From the NCBI GenBank assembly GCA_964016885.1, contig OZ024742.1, forward strand, positions 212,784,001-212,848,000: a stretch of 64,000 bases of DNA. Reading direction: 5' to 3'. Every line of letters begins with the position of its first letter. The stretch's first letter is position 1. The position numbers were made by a program, and so were the translations under genes. Under the pieces are notes generated by a model. That model saw only the letters and a program-made list of their open reading frames with translations, searched no databases and was not told the origin of the DNA. Positions 14,888-27,524 of the stretch are shown piece after piece. Origin of the DNA: Eledone cirrhosa. Taxonomy: Eukaryota.

Positions 14888-16059
14888 TTGGGTTGGCTAA
14901 AAAGTCCATTCATTTTTTTTGAGTGAAAATGAGACACAGTTTTAAACCCAAAGCAATTTATTCAATCAGATGTATTTGCCTTTTCATTCCAATACCCTCC
15001 GCCATTTTCTAGGTAGATCCATTATTCCGTCTTTACTGGTGATGAACCCTTCCAAATGAATTTTCACATCTTCTGAAGAACTGAAGGTCTGTCCATTCAA
15101 AGAGTTTTGAAGAGACTGAAACATGTGGAAATCTGAGGGAGAAAGGTTGGAGGAATATGGAGGGTGAGGCAAAACTTCCCAGTCAAGTCCTAGTAACTTC
15201 TGTCATGTCTGCAAGGAAGTGTATAGTCTGGTATTGGCTTGATTAGCAAGTTCTGGATGCTTCTGGCAGATTGCTGCGTTTAATTTGTCCAACTTCACAC
15301 AGTACACATCCAAAATGATAGTCCTGTTTGTGGGAAAAAGCTCGTAAAAAACAACACACTTCCAATCCCACCAAATTGAAAGCATAATCTTCTTTGGAAG
15401 CTGCTTGTAGTGGTTCTTGGTGCTTGTCCCATGATCGTTTTCCCCTACAGTTACCATTTTCTTCACATTGAAGCAAGGAATTGCAAATGGAAATCCATTG
15501 GGTGAGGTTGGCTTCAGTTCATGGGGAACCCAAACTTTGAGCCTGCTCATATAACCAATTTTATTGTAGACGGTTTTGAACACTTGATTAGGATATCTGG
15601 AGAATATCTGCGATCTCCCTGGTTGTACGACAGGAGTGGGTGTCAACTAACTCTTGCACATGGTTGCTGTTAACCACAGTTGGCCGTTCAGAACGAGGTG
15701 CATTTTGAATAAAAAAATTTCCTAATCAAAATTTTGAAAACTACTTCTGGCATACACTGTTCTGTAACAGCATCCTCTCTGCACATAGGGGATATGTTCC
15801 TGCAAGTTTCTGATGCTTTCTTACCTTTTTTGAAATAAAAAAAGCATGATGTGTCGATAATGTTCATTTTGGTTCTCCATTTTGAGGGTTAAGATAAAAG
15901 CACACAATACAGCCAATCTCGGAGTTTCACTATGAACTACTTTGAAGTATCAAGTATCTAATGAGTGCATACTCAGAAGAAGAAAAGTAAAGTTTGCTAC
16001 TATGAGAACACCTTAAGTTTATATTGGCAAAAAACTGAACAGACCTTTTGGCCAACCAA
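14888..16059 (-). mobile_element. decayed mariner DNA transposon, about 1.17 kb
   Basis: TA on both flanks; imperfect ~30-bp TIRs TTGGGTTGGCTAAAAAGTCC / GACCTTTTGGCCAACCAA; transposase remnants. Confidence 0.92.
14960..15880 (-). pseudogene. mariner transposase pseudogene
   Basis: MENQNEHYRHIMLF, WVPHEL, KIMLSIWWD and PHPPYSSNLSPSDFHMF (YSPDLAPSD-type) motifs, with stops and frameshifts. Confidence 0.9.
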
Positions 16060-16254
16060 TACATTCTACTGCTCTTCAAAATTAATCTAATAAATACCCT
16101 CTTTAGTATAGTTTGTACAAATTTAAAGTAGTTATTTTAGTTTCAAGTTTGATCAATTAAACTATATTTTTCAATGTGTTTATTAAAATTCACTAATTCC
16201 AAGTCCTTTTCTAAATTAGTTATTTTGTAAACAGGAAACAGCATACTAAACATA

Positions 16255-16440
16255 TAATTGTTTCTAATTTTGGCACAAGGCAGCAATTACCCAGTACATT
16301 ACTGGTACTTTATTTTATCAATCCCGTAAGGATGAAAGGCAAAGTTGACCTCGGCGGGATTTGAACTCAGAATGGAAAGGGCCGTAACTCTATGCATCAA
16401 AGCATGATGTCTGACCCTCTACCGATACTGCCAATCCACA
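16255..16440 (-). mobile_element. family-1 SINE, full length
   Basis: complete head, body and tail. Confidence 0.88.
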
Positions 16441-17244
16441 ATAAAACCTTTTCATACTACCAAGGCAATAGTTAACTGTGTATACAGTGAGCAAGATTTT
16501 TTACTGTTGAATTCCAAAAGACACTGTTTTGGGAATTAATTAAAACTTGTTCCTATTTAATAAAGAAATTGGACAGTTTAATTACTACAGACATATTATT
16601 TGAAAATGGAGCTGGTGAAACCAATCAATATTATTTAGAAACATGATATTCATACTTTACTAAGTCCAACAGCAAATCTACAACAATTCAGTAGAGTCTA
16701 TTGTATAATTATACCTGGTTTATCACATTGCTTCTTGATATACTCTTTGATAAACCAGTCAGAATAATCTAGAACTGTCAGTTTCATTGTTTAAATTTAT
16801 GATAACCTATTCAGATAGAAAATCTGTGTCATTTATTAATCAGTATTTTATTTTCAATAATAAAAACAAATTATGTAATTGGCAGTGATAAATAGAAATA
16901 ATTAAAATAATTTGAAATTACAGAATTTATTTATTACTTCTCCCTTTTCCAAAAATAGCAATTTCTACTTTCATTTTTAAAATGAGTTACACCGAAAAAA
17001 CTATGAAAAATTAATCACATTACAAGGGTTAAATAAAAGAGAAAAAGAAATAATAATACTCCTATCAACAATAGTTTCTAACTCAGCAATTTTAGGGAAT
17101 GGGGAAGTTCGATTATGATGACTCCCAGTACTTGACAAGTACTTTATTCTATTGATCCCTGAAGGGTGAAAAGCAAAGCTGACATCAGGTGATTTGAACT
17201 TAGAATGTAAAGAAATGCAACTAAATATTAGTCATTCTACTTGG

Positions 17245-17425
17245 TGCCTTCTTCTTCTTTGCCTGGGAGGGTCATGGGGGCTGAGTCCTCAAACATGCCT
17301 TCCAGCTGGTCCTGTCAGAAGCAACTGTCTCCAATTGATTCTGCTGGATCCCCAAGTGAGATCAGCTGAGCTCATGGATGTTATCCAACCATCTTGCTCA
17401 GGGTCTACCCCTGGGTCTGGTTGAT
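17245..17425 (-). mobile_element. RTE LINE 3' end fragment
   Basis: RPRGRP*ARWLDNI..ASDRTSWK, followed by an (AAG)n tail. Confidence 0.65.
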
Positions 17426-18477
17426 TTTGCCAGTAAAATCTGCCCAGTACACGTCCGTAATCTTCAATAATATTGATTTAACATTGGTAGAAGGCCATAC
17501 ATTTTGAGCACCAACACTTGGTTGGTAAATATTTTTGAAAGATAAAGTTGAGTTTTGTGGGATTTTAATTTAGGATGTAACTAAATATAACAAAGCATTT
17601 CATCTTGTGCTCTACCAGTTCTGCAATTCACTGCCATCAATAATAACATAGTTGTGTATCTACTTGGTATATGTCATCACTTAATTATAAAATTTAATAT
17701 TTTGAACTAGGTAGATAATTAGTCAAATATATGATTATTTTGTTAACATTTCATCCTTATCATTATCATCACCATATTATGCCTGTTTTTCCATGCTTGC
17801 ATGAGTTGGGCAAGTCTATTTCAGTAAGCAACCCACCACTTGTTGCAGTCCTTCATCATTTCTGTGAGCTTTAGCGATTTGGGATCAGCTCTCACAACCA
17901 CTGCTCCTGTTTGTAAACATTGCCTCCAAATCAGGTGTATTTTGTTTTTGTTATCTTGAAGTAATGTAACATAATATTACTTATTAAACATTTAATATGT
18001 GTTTTCACCTGTTATGGTTCATTTAGCAATGTACACATACATTAGGAAGCTAATTAGGTTTGTAACTGAAGCTCCTGTTGAATTAATTTAAACATTTTAA
18101 AATATAAAAAAGCAGCAACAGCATTAGAAATATTAGACCAAAATATAAAATAAAATCAATGCATGCGTATATACACACACATATATATATATGATATATG
18201 AAATCCTTATAAGAAATGTGAGTAAAAATACAATAATTATGAATGTATTGAGAATATACATTATGTAATATCAAGGGCTTTTTGTAATCTTTGTCTAAAG
18301 ATCATGGGTTTGTTTCTACATAAACGTTAACACTATATTACAAAATAAAAAAGAATAAAAACAAAAAGCAGTTATCATATTTGCCAAACTAAAATTTTTC
18401 AAAAATATATTTTATGACTATGTCAAGATTGGTATATCCTTGTTATATAATTATTTCTTGATGGGTACTGTTCTAAT

Positions 18478-18772
18478 ATTTTTATATAGGTACAAGGCCA
18501 GCAATCTAGGGGAAGGGATAAGTTGATTAAATTGACCCCAGTACTTGATGATACTTTATTTTATTGACCCTGGAAGGATTTGAACTCGGAATGTAAAAAG
18601 CCTAAAGAAATACTTTAAAGCATGCCAATCTGCCACCCTTAAAGGCTTCTAGTTTAGGCATAAGGTGAGTAATTTGGAGAAAAGGCAAATCAATTAAATT
18701 GACCCTAGTATTTGATCAACCCCAGGAAGAATGAAAAGCAAAGTTGACCTCGGTGTGATTTAAATTGAGAAC
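18478..18772 (-). mobile_element. two tandem decayed family-1 SINEs
   Basis: body motifs TTGACCCCAGTACTTG and GAAAAGCAAAGTTGACCTCGG. Confidence 0.7.
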
Positions 18773-20145
18773 ATATAATAATTTGATTAAATTTTACAAG
18801 TCCTTTTACTGATTACACCACCCACCATACTATAATAATAACTGTAATAATAAATTAAAAAATGATTGGGTGAAGCACTGATAATGGCAGTTGGTCAACC
18901 ATACACACATATATACACTTATATTACACAATACAGTCCAGGTTGGTCAATAAGTAATATTATTTTGTAGTGGAATGCAAACATTTAGATGAAATAAATT
19001 TCTTAAGTAAACCTTGTTTTATTAGCCTGGAGGTGGGGTGAATGAGAAATAAGTTAACAGGTTTTTGCAGGAGGAGGCGATGGTGTGCATGCATGGTGGA
19101 AAAGCATTACATACAACATACATACAGAGACAAACATATGTATAACTATTTCTGCAGGTTCTTCTAATATTCATCCACTCAATGGGTATGATATCACCTG
19201 ATAAATTTATTCACTCACAAAATACATAACCAAAAATGATTAAAAAAGGCCCAACAAAAAACAAAATGCAATTGTAGTCTCATCTATTGCTACTACAATG
19301 GCCTATACGTATCAAGGCTCTTTCTTCCTTTTGTCAATGTATTCCACCTAGATCCTACACCAAACATTTCCTTTGGAAGACAGCAACTCTCCTGTATGTT
19401 CTCTCCACTCATATTTTTCCTACAGACACCAACTTATAGATATTGAATTCAACCACATCAATTTCAACAATCGAAGGTGAGGGGGACTTGGCCTAGTCTG
19501 TAGTGGCTATGGGTACTGTCCCCCTCTTCTCTGACTATCTTAGAATGGAAATAGAAAGAGTTAGAGAAGTTAAGTTATAATTTCTTCAACTTTGTAGTAA
19601 CAGACAAATATAAAAATAAAAAATATATATATTTTTTAAAGAATGCCTTATTTAATGTATGTAACCACAAAACACATATATGCAGAATTTCTCTCAGTCA
19701 CAGAATGTTGAAGTTTGCTAATTTCTTAACTCTATGCACAGACTAAATCTGACAAAGAGTAAAGGTATTCCATTTCTAAGCCACAATTCAACTCACATCA
19801 CACACACACACACACACCATACATAACAGAACGAACACTAAAATAATACAAACATTTATAAGATAAATCGCATAACAAAATAAGACTAATGCAGTACACT
19901 AACAGGAGGAGCCTATACTGTAAACAGCCCCATACGGAAATGAGAACACACACAACTTAGGAACACAGGTGCACCAGATGATGCAGTAGAGACCTGCATA
20001 ACACTACCAAAGAAATAATAATAGTAATGTATTGAATCTTAGGTACAGCTACCTAAATTCCCAATATAATTAAGGTGGCATGAAATAGAAGTTCAGGTAT
20101 ATATTTAAAATGAAGAAAAACCAAGGTTAACTTATATCCATTCTT

Positions 20146-20270
20146 TAATTTCTACGTACGTTTCTATACAGGTGATAATGGTACATGCATATAAAAACAT
20201 TAAATTAATCAGAAACAGTTAATTATACAAGACATAATACATATAACATCTGCATATCATCAGGAATTAT
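20146..20270 (-). ncRNA. type I hammerhead ribozyme, intact core
   Basis: minus strand: ATAATTC-CTGATGA-TATGCAG..long loop..CTGTATA-GAAA-CGTACG-TA-GAAATTA; stems I and II pair, stem III is palindromic, cleavage triplet GUA. Confidence 0.8.
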
Positions 20271-20392
20271 AAAAAGGGATAAAGTTTAACCAAATTCAAA
20301 TGTGTGTGCATGTGTGTATCCTGGGTTCAATCAGAGGTAACCACACCACAGTAAGTAAGGTACTCAATACATAGAGTATATACAATATTTAA

Positions 20393-20449
20393 ATGGTTTC
20401 TACAGGACTAGAACTGTTTCATTCAAAGGAAATCACTAGGAAAGCCATA
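20393..20449 (-). ncRNA. degenerate type I hammerhead ribozyme
   Basis: ATGGCTTTC-CTAGTGA-T.TTC cttt GAA.T-GAAA-CAG..CTG-TA-GAAACCAT; all three stems present but the core reads CTAGTGA instead of CTGATGA. Confidence 0.6.
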
Positions 20450-23119
20450 TCACACCATTGAAACATTAATATGTAATAAACTAAACAAATTATAAAATAA
20501 ATTTTACAGATATATCATTAGGAAAAATAGATACGAAAACTGAACATTTCCCACATACAAAATATAAGTCGCTATGTAAAATCCCACGCATGTCTTTGTA
20601 TTGTCCCCTTTTCTTGTGCGCCCTTGTTGCTAATAAAGAAATATATCTTTCATCTTCTAATATTAGCAATTTCTTAGTGAACGATATTTGGAGGGGTGAG
20701 GGGTGATGTTTATTCTTTTCCCAAGAGCTGGCAGTGCACTAGCCTCTCAATCAATTATATTTCTCCATTGAGCACAAGGCCATAAGCATGTAGTGGGAGG
20801 AATATAATCAATATTAAATTGAATCTGTATACATCATATATTCATTTTATTAATCAACGTGGGATGATGACAAAACCCTAGCAGGATTTGAACTCAGAAT
20901 GTGTAGGGACGAAACTAATTACTTTACAGCATTTAATTCATCAGTCATTTTTACTACGTTAATGCTTTTAACAATCAATAATAATAATTGATTTTAACAG
21001 AGACAAAGCTGGACGGGAGTTGGTTGAACTGGTACTTTCTTTATCGACACCGGAAAGATGAAAGGCAAAGTATTTTAACTCAGAATGTAAAGAACCGGAA
21101 CAATTATTCTGCCAAATAATAATTTCTTTTAGTTTAATTTTATTTATGTAGGCACAAACTTGTTTTGTAGAAGAGAAACGTAATACTTATGAGTTTTCAC
21201 CTAGCGATGAAATTACCAATATAGAAAAATTGAGATTACCCAATTGAAACTTTAAAGTCATAAACGAAGAAACCTCTATGTAATTAATAGTTTTAGTAAT
21301 TCTTTGTGATGTTTGAAACTGAAACCTAGAGATAAAGAATATTTAGTAGCTAATAAACCAAGACTCTGACATTAAATAAGCATTGGAATATCATCAAAAT
21401 TAAAAGAAAATATCAGATTTCGGAGGACTAAGTTTTGTAATATGACATGGCATTGTATTGTATTTAAAACATTAACAAATAAAATATACGACACACTAAT
21501 TACATCTTTCGCTTAAGATGAGGATCTTTACTAAATTGTGAAGGATCTTTACTAAATTGTCAAGTAACAATCTTCGCATGTATGAGCAAGCACAAACCAT
21601 TGTTGAATTCAGAAGAATATCCAAATAGATAATGGCATGGTACAAGTGATGTACTATGTCTGTATATTTAAAATGTGATGTCTTGGGTAACACACTTAAG
21701 TTATTCAGTCTTTTTAGCTATTGTTTATATTATACTATTCACACTCGAAAGTACTGTGAAATAGTTGGATTTACTGATCAACCATCGAAATGGCAATTCG
21801 ATTTCACCTGAAACATCTAACAATAATTAATCCAGGATCTAATCCCATAGCAACAATAACATTAATTGCCACATCTATATGTATCTAAAGACGGTTTCCC
21901 TAAGTATGGAGAAAATACACATTTACACAAGCAGCAATGAAAAAACGTTCGATGACAAAACCTTCAAAATACTTTATAATTCTGCTATAAATTGTACTCA
22001 GCTAGTTAATCAATACTTATAATTAACAGTATCTAATATTCTCACAAAAATTTTGACGAGATATTTGATGACAGCCCGGCATTTTAAAATCGCGGTAGGA
22101 AATGCAATAGATTACAATCAGGTTTTTACTTTCGTCTTTACGAATATAAGAGGATTAAAATACAGAATTTGGTACAATGAAGAACTGAATTCCTTCTGTA
22201 ATACTCTCTATTGCTTATAAATATGTATATACAAACGATATATATATATATATATATATACTTCACACATACATTATTATATTAAATATTATACATATTC
22301 ATAATTATTACAAAGGTAAAAGAAAAAAAAATGTTTAGAGACGAACGTTATATTCCAAAATACTTTAAATTAACGTAATACCATAGAATAACATAAAACC
22401 ATGGAATTACATAAAACCAACAGATGTGAATGGATGGGGGATCTCTGCTGGTATGGTTTCAAATTGGAAATTTGATGGAATGTTTTATTTTAACGCAAAA
22501 CATTATTTCTTATTTATTAACTTTTTAAAATTTTCATTCCTTCTCTTTATAAATTATGTAGAAATAACATTACATAAAACCTTTTACAGAAATAAATTAA
22601 TTGAAAAACCATGAGAGAGAGAAGGAAAGAGAAAGAAAGAAAGAGAGAGAGAAACAGAAAGTGATGGATAAGTGTAAAAAGATGGCGGAAAGGTTGAGAA
22701 TAACCGAAGCAGTACTTGCTTTTTGGATGCCAGTATAAATAACAAATAAACTATATAATATATATATATATAAAGCGAAATTGGAAATTAGTGAAGGCAA
22801 TGAAATATGTAAAGTTCAATTATTGAAGACAATATCATAATTGTTATTAGCTTCAACACTAGGTTGATATAATTATGTCATTCGAAATCATGTCTATATA
22901 TGAGAATGAAAGTAAAATAGACGACTTGTACTGATATATATATATATATATTAATTACAGGCAGAAATGTTTACAACTACTGTGTGCGTGTGTATGTATA
23001 TATATATAACACGGTAATTATAAACATTTCTGCCAGCAATTAATATATATGGTATATTTTTACATATAAACACCTGTCTCGGGTTCGGGTAGAAATGTTG
23101 TAAGTGTACACACACACAC

Positions 23120-23184
<65 letters not shown>

Positions 23185-23403
23185 TATATACATACACACA
23201 AATATATGTGTGTTTATATATATATATATATATTTACAGTCAGATGCTACTCTGATTAGCAACGGATAGTAACCTCAGTAATAAATATATATTTCTCTAC
23301 TTCAGTATCGAGCACTTATTAAATCGAAATCTACCAACTGTCGAGTGCTACTTATCTGATATATGTCTAGTTTTATTGTTCTACAATATTACTCACCTCC
23401 TAC

Positions 23404-23439
<36 letters not shown>

Positions 23440-23774
23440 TGTGTGCGTTATAAACACGCACGTAGGTGTTATGATAGCTGACTACTACGTGAGTATATTA
23501 TAATCGTCTGCGAAGAAGACTTGCCACAATTTCAATAAATACACGAAAAAAAAAGTAAGGGTATACACACACATATACATTTGTGTGTATGTGTTGATAC
23601 ATATAAATATAGAGGAAGACATAATTAGAAATCGTGAACTAAATGACCAATTAGGGAGATTTCCAACAAAATGAAAAAAATAAAAATAAATAAACCGGAA
23701 AAAAAAAACGAATAAAAATATATCCACTTATGGTTTGATAGTTTGAATAGCAGAGAAACTTAAACACCTACATT

Positions 23775-24000
23775 AAACTAATGAGATAGCCTATATGTGG
23801 TCGTTCAACCTGACAGAAATAGCAGCTATATATCCTTCAAATCAGACGTAATCGTCTTAAAAAAAAGGGACAGATTGGATAATGTACACTGAGGTACGCT
23901 ATGTATAAAAGAATAATAATAAAACAGGATGGTCATGGAAAGAATGCATTTGGTTATGTTTAATCTATCATGGAGATATAGGGCTAAACAATAACATCAA
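23775..24000 (+). mobile_element. short interspersed repeat (family 3, SINE-like)
   Basis: GGTCGTTCAACCTG..AGAAATAGCAGC..GGGCTAAACAATAAC; related copies at 26590-26785 and 40730-41125. Confidence 0.65.
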
Positions 24001-24603
24001 TACACCTACTACATTTATGTAATCTACCCATTTTATTGTAACTATATATAATATATATATTAATAAACAACGAAGGGAAATTTTGATATATCGAAAATCC
24101 ATCTACACAACCTTTTCTCAGATGTAGAATATATTTTTTACAGTCTCTCTCCCTCACACACAATATTTGATTGTCATCAAAATCAAAACAGACAAGGCTG
24201 AAGATCGATATATTGATATTCCACTTTACAGCAATAAAAAAAATAAATGAAATGAAACACGATAAGCTAGACATGAAATCGAAGTCTATATAAAAAGCGA
24301 AATTCTTTTCCCTCCACCAATCTACTATGTATATACATTAAATGTCCATAATGTATGCATTATTATCTGGGGTATATTATTTAAACAAAAAAATATAACA
24401 AGCTAACATTAAGTTATATACACACTGAAGAGGAATGGGTAGTTTTGGTTTCTTTAACTGCAGAGGTATCACGAACTATAATAAAACCAAATACAATTAC
24501 AAAGGAATATCATTTTTTTTATCCTTCATCTAAATATCTATAGTCATGATCGAAAAACCTCACATGAAGGTGTGATCATCAACATAATCACCCTAAAAAC
24601 GCA

Positions 24604-24673
<70 letters not shown>

Positions 24674-24682
24674 GTGTGTATG

Positions 24683-24721
<39 letters not shown>

Positions 24722-25056
24722 ATATAGAAAGATAGATAGAGGGGAAGGGAGAGAGACTAAACAATGTATTCGGATTTGAATGATTGCCCTTATAGATTAT
24801 TACAAACATGTACAACAGGTAGGTAAAAAGACAGAAAAAATGTAAAACGAATGGAAATCCTTGGTAAGAATAATGATTTTTCGATGTGACTCATCTTTTT
24901 TCGCTCGTTATCCTTTAAAATTCAGAGAGGGATACAACAGAAAATACAAATTATACATATATATATGTAGGTATATATATATATATAAATATATATATTA
25001 TATATATATATATATTATATATTGTATATATTCGCTTTAATGGTTTATACACTTAC

Positions 25057-25105
25057 TTTTGATGACCCTGTCCGTAGTAGACATCTTACAGTCTGTTGTG
25101 GTCAT
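25057..25105 (-). CDS. PPP3CA: calcineurin A (protein phosphatase 2B catalytic subunit), coding exon 1; invertebrate ortholog of PPP3CA/B/C
   Basis: ATG..MTTTDCKMSTTDRVIK plus 1 nt, then a perfect GTAAGT donor (phase 1); matches the calcineurin A N-terminal K(L/M)STTDRV(V/I)K motif and the known first-intron position. Confidence 0.88.
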
Positions 25106-25560
25106 CGTTCTCGGATTATATATATATATATATACGTATATATGTATATATATATATATTAATTATAAATTCTGTTTGATGTATATATTATATATATATC
25201 TTGATATATTTCGTGTGTATGGATGTATATTGTATTGTTGAATTATGTTATTAATATTTCTTTTGTTTTTTTTTTTGCGTTTTCTCTTTTTTTTGAAGGA
25301 TTTGTATTTGTTTTTAAAAAAAAATAGAAAAAAAATGTTAACTCCTTCCCGGCGACGTCGTTTGTCAGCCGTCGGTAAATTGCAAAGGTAGTTGTTTTAC
25401 AGTAAGCCTTCCGACAGTCCTTGGTTCCTCTTAGTGATGGTATTCTGAACTGTTAATAACAGGCAGCAGTAGTAGCAACAGCACTAGTAGTAGTAGTAAT
25501 AATAGCAGCAGTGGTAGTGGTAGTAATAAAGAAGCCTTCACTCAATACTACTGCTATTAC
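25106..25560 (-). promoter_or_regulatory. probable 5' UTR / promoter-proximal region of calcineurin A
   Basis: largely unique, CpG-retaining sequence upstream of the ATG; TSS not located. Confidence 0.45.
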
Positions 25561-25768
25561 GGCTACAAAACCAAGATCAGAGAAAGAGAAGATAGATACA
25601 TATCTTTATATACATACACACATACATACATATATATATATATATATATTCATTTATATATATATATATAGAGAGAGTGAGAGATGGGGAGAAAGAAATC
25701 TATAGATAAATATTAGTAAATTTTCATCGTGTGACCATCGTGATCGTGAAATTGCTACTTACGCTAAA

Positions 25769-25814
<46 letters not shown>

Positions 25815-26589
25815 TTATAATCGTAAATTATTTGAATGTTCTCATTTTGGTTTTTCACAAGTTTATTGTGAAAAAAGCAAATCTAATCGTGTGTATATAT
25901 ATATATGTGTGTGTGTGTTTAATGACTATGAGGTTACGCGATTTTTTTTATTCATATAACTCAAATGAAGATGTGAGACATTTATATAAACATAATTGTT
26001 GTTATTAGGGTGGGGATCGTCGTGTATATACGTGTCCTCGGGGCACTATAAAGCAGTCCTAAGATCTTTAGTAGTGTGGTAGATACCCACAAAATGTAAG
26101 GGAGGTCACCAAAGATAACGGCAAAGAGAAATAACAATCGAAGACCTTTCCAAAATTCAAGATGGCGTTAACATCTCATTTGCAAGTGAAGCGGCAGAAG
26201 CAGCAGAGAGAGAGAGAGAGAGAGAGAGAGCAGTGAAAGTAACACGTTCAAATCAGCAGCAGTAGCAGCAACATCAAGCGAGATAGCAGTAAACATCAAG
26301 ACTAATGGCAGCAGCAGCAGCAGTGGCTGCAGCAACAAGATCGACTGCAACAGTAGCAGTAATGAAGTGTGTGTGAGAGAGAGAGGGAGGGGGGATAGCA
26401 GCAAAAGTAAAGCGATCAAATCAGCAGCAACATCAAGTACGACAGTAATAAACAGCAACAAGATCAACAGGAGTAGCAAATATGAGCCGCAATAGAAACA
26501 GGATAAGGAGGTTGAATAGCTTAACGTTGAGAACTATAAGGCCGATGAATGACAAGGCTTAACCATCACCATTAACATGATCTCTATGA

Positions 26590-26785
26590 ACTAAACAATG
26601 GAGGCTATATTCGGTTGCTCAACCTGCAAGAAATAGCTGCCAAATTTCCCTTAAATTACATCTTTCTGCCTTAAAAAAACGAATAATGTAATCGTATATA
26701 GCTCTAAAAGGATGGGATGTTTCTGACGTTAATTTGACCATAGAAGCGTTGAGCTCTGGCTAAAGATCACCACCACAACAACTAT
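26590..26785 (+). mobile_element. family-3 repeat copy
   Basis: similar to 23775-24000. Confidence 0.6.
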
Positions 26786-27102
26786 CACCAGCATAAGTAT
26801 CAGCATCTCACTGTCGTCGTCGCAATAAAATTCGTCGGGATTAGTAGTTGGTCGGTGTGTACTTGAGACGAGTTACCACGCTACTCACTCACACCGTGGG
26901 TTATAAAGTGGCTGTTGTTACATATTGATTTTTCATATACCGACAGACAAAATCTCTAGTTTATAGCATGGGGCGAAATGTGATGCTGTGAGATTCATAC
27001 TTTTTCTGATATACCTGAAGTGAATGGGATTTAAACTGGAATGGAAATCACAGGAATATACTTCGATTCTTCGACGAACACCATGTTGTTACTTTATGAT
27101 AT

Positions 27103-27468
27103 AATAATTGTTTCTGCTTTTTGCACAAGGCCACCAATCACCCCAGTACATTACTGGTGCTTTATTTTATCGGCCCCATGAGGATGAAAGGCAAAGCTAA
27201 CCTCGGCGGGATTTGAACTCAGAACATAAAGGGCCACAACTCTATGTTGCTAAGCATGGTGTCCGACGCTTTACTGATACTGTCAATTTACCGCCCGATG
27301 ATAAAATAATTGTTTCTACTTTTGGCTCAAGGTCATTAATCTAATAAAAGGGAAAAGTCGATTAAATTGACCTCAATGCGTTATTGGTAGTTTATTTTAT
27401 TGACCCCGTAAGGATGAAAGACAAAGCTAACCTCGACGGGATTTGAACTCTGAACGTGAAGGGCCAGA
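27103..27468 (-). mobile_element. two tandem family-1 SINEs
   Basis: a full copy at 27103-27296 and a head-truncated copy at 27308-27468. Confidence 0.85.
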
Positions 27469-27524
27469 ACGGGAACAGAGGTAAGGCACAAGCCAGGCGG
27501 CAGTAGATAACGGACGTGATGTAT

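Noticed and set aside
19030-19200. Minus-strand ..NAFPPC.. as possible calcineurin exon 2
   Set aside because: The surrounding peptide does not match VPFPPSHRLT..GKP, and there is no suitable acceptor at the motif.
19426-19476. Plus-strand 51-nt segment with a good acceptor and donor (HQLIDIEFNHINFNNR)
   Set aside because: No homology recognised and it is antisense within the calcineurin intron; such pseudo-exons arise by chance.
22678-22738. AAGATGGCGG followed by a short ORF
   Set aside because: The ORF is only 18 codons, has no good donor, and lies inside the intron; the motif alone is insufficient.
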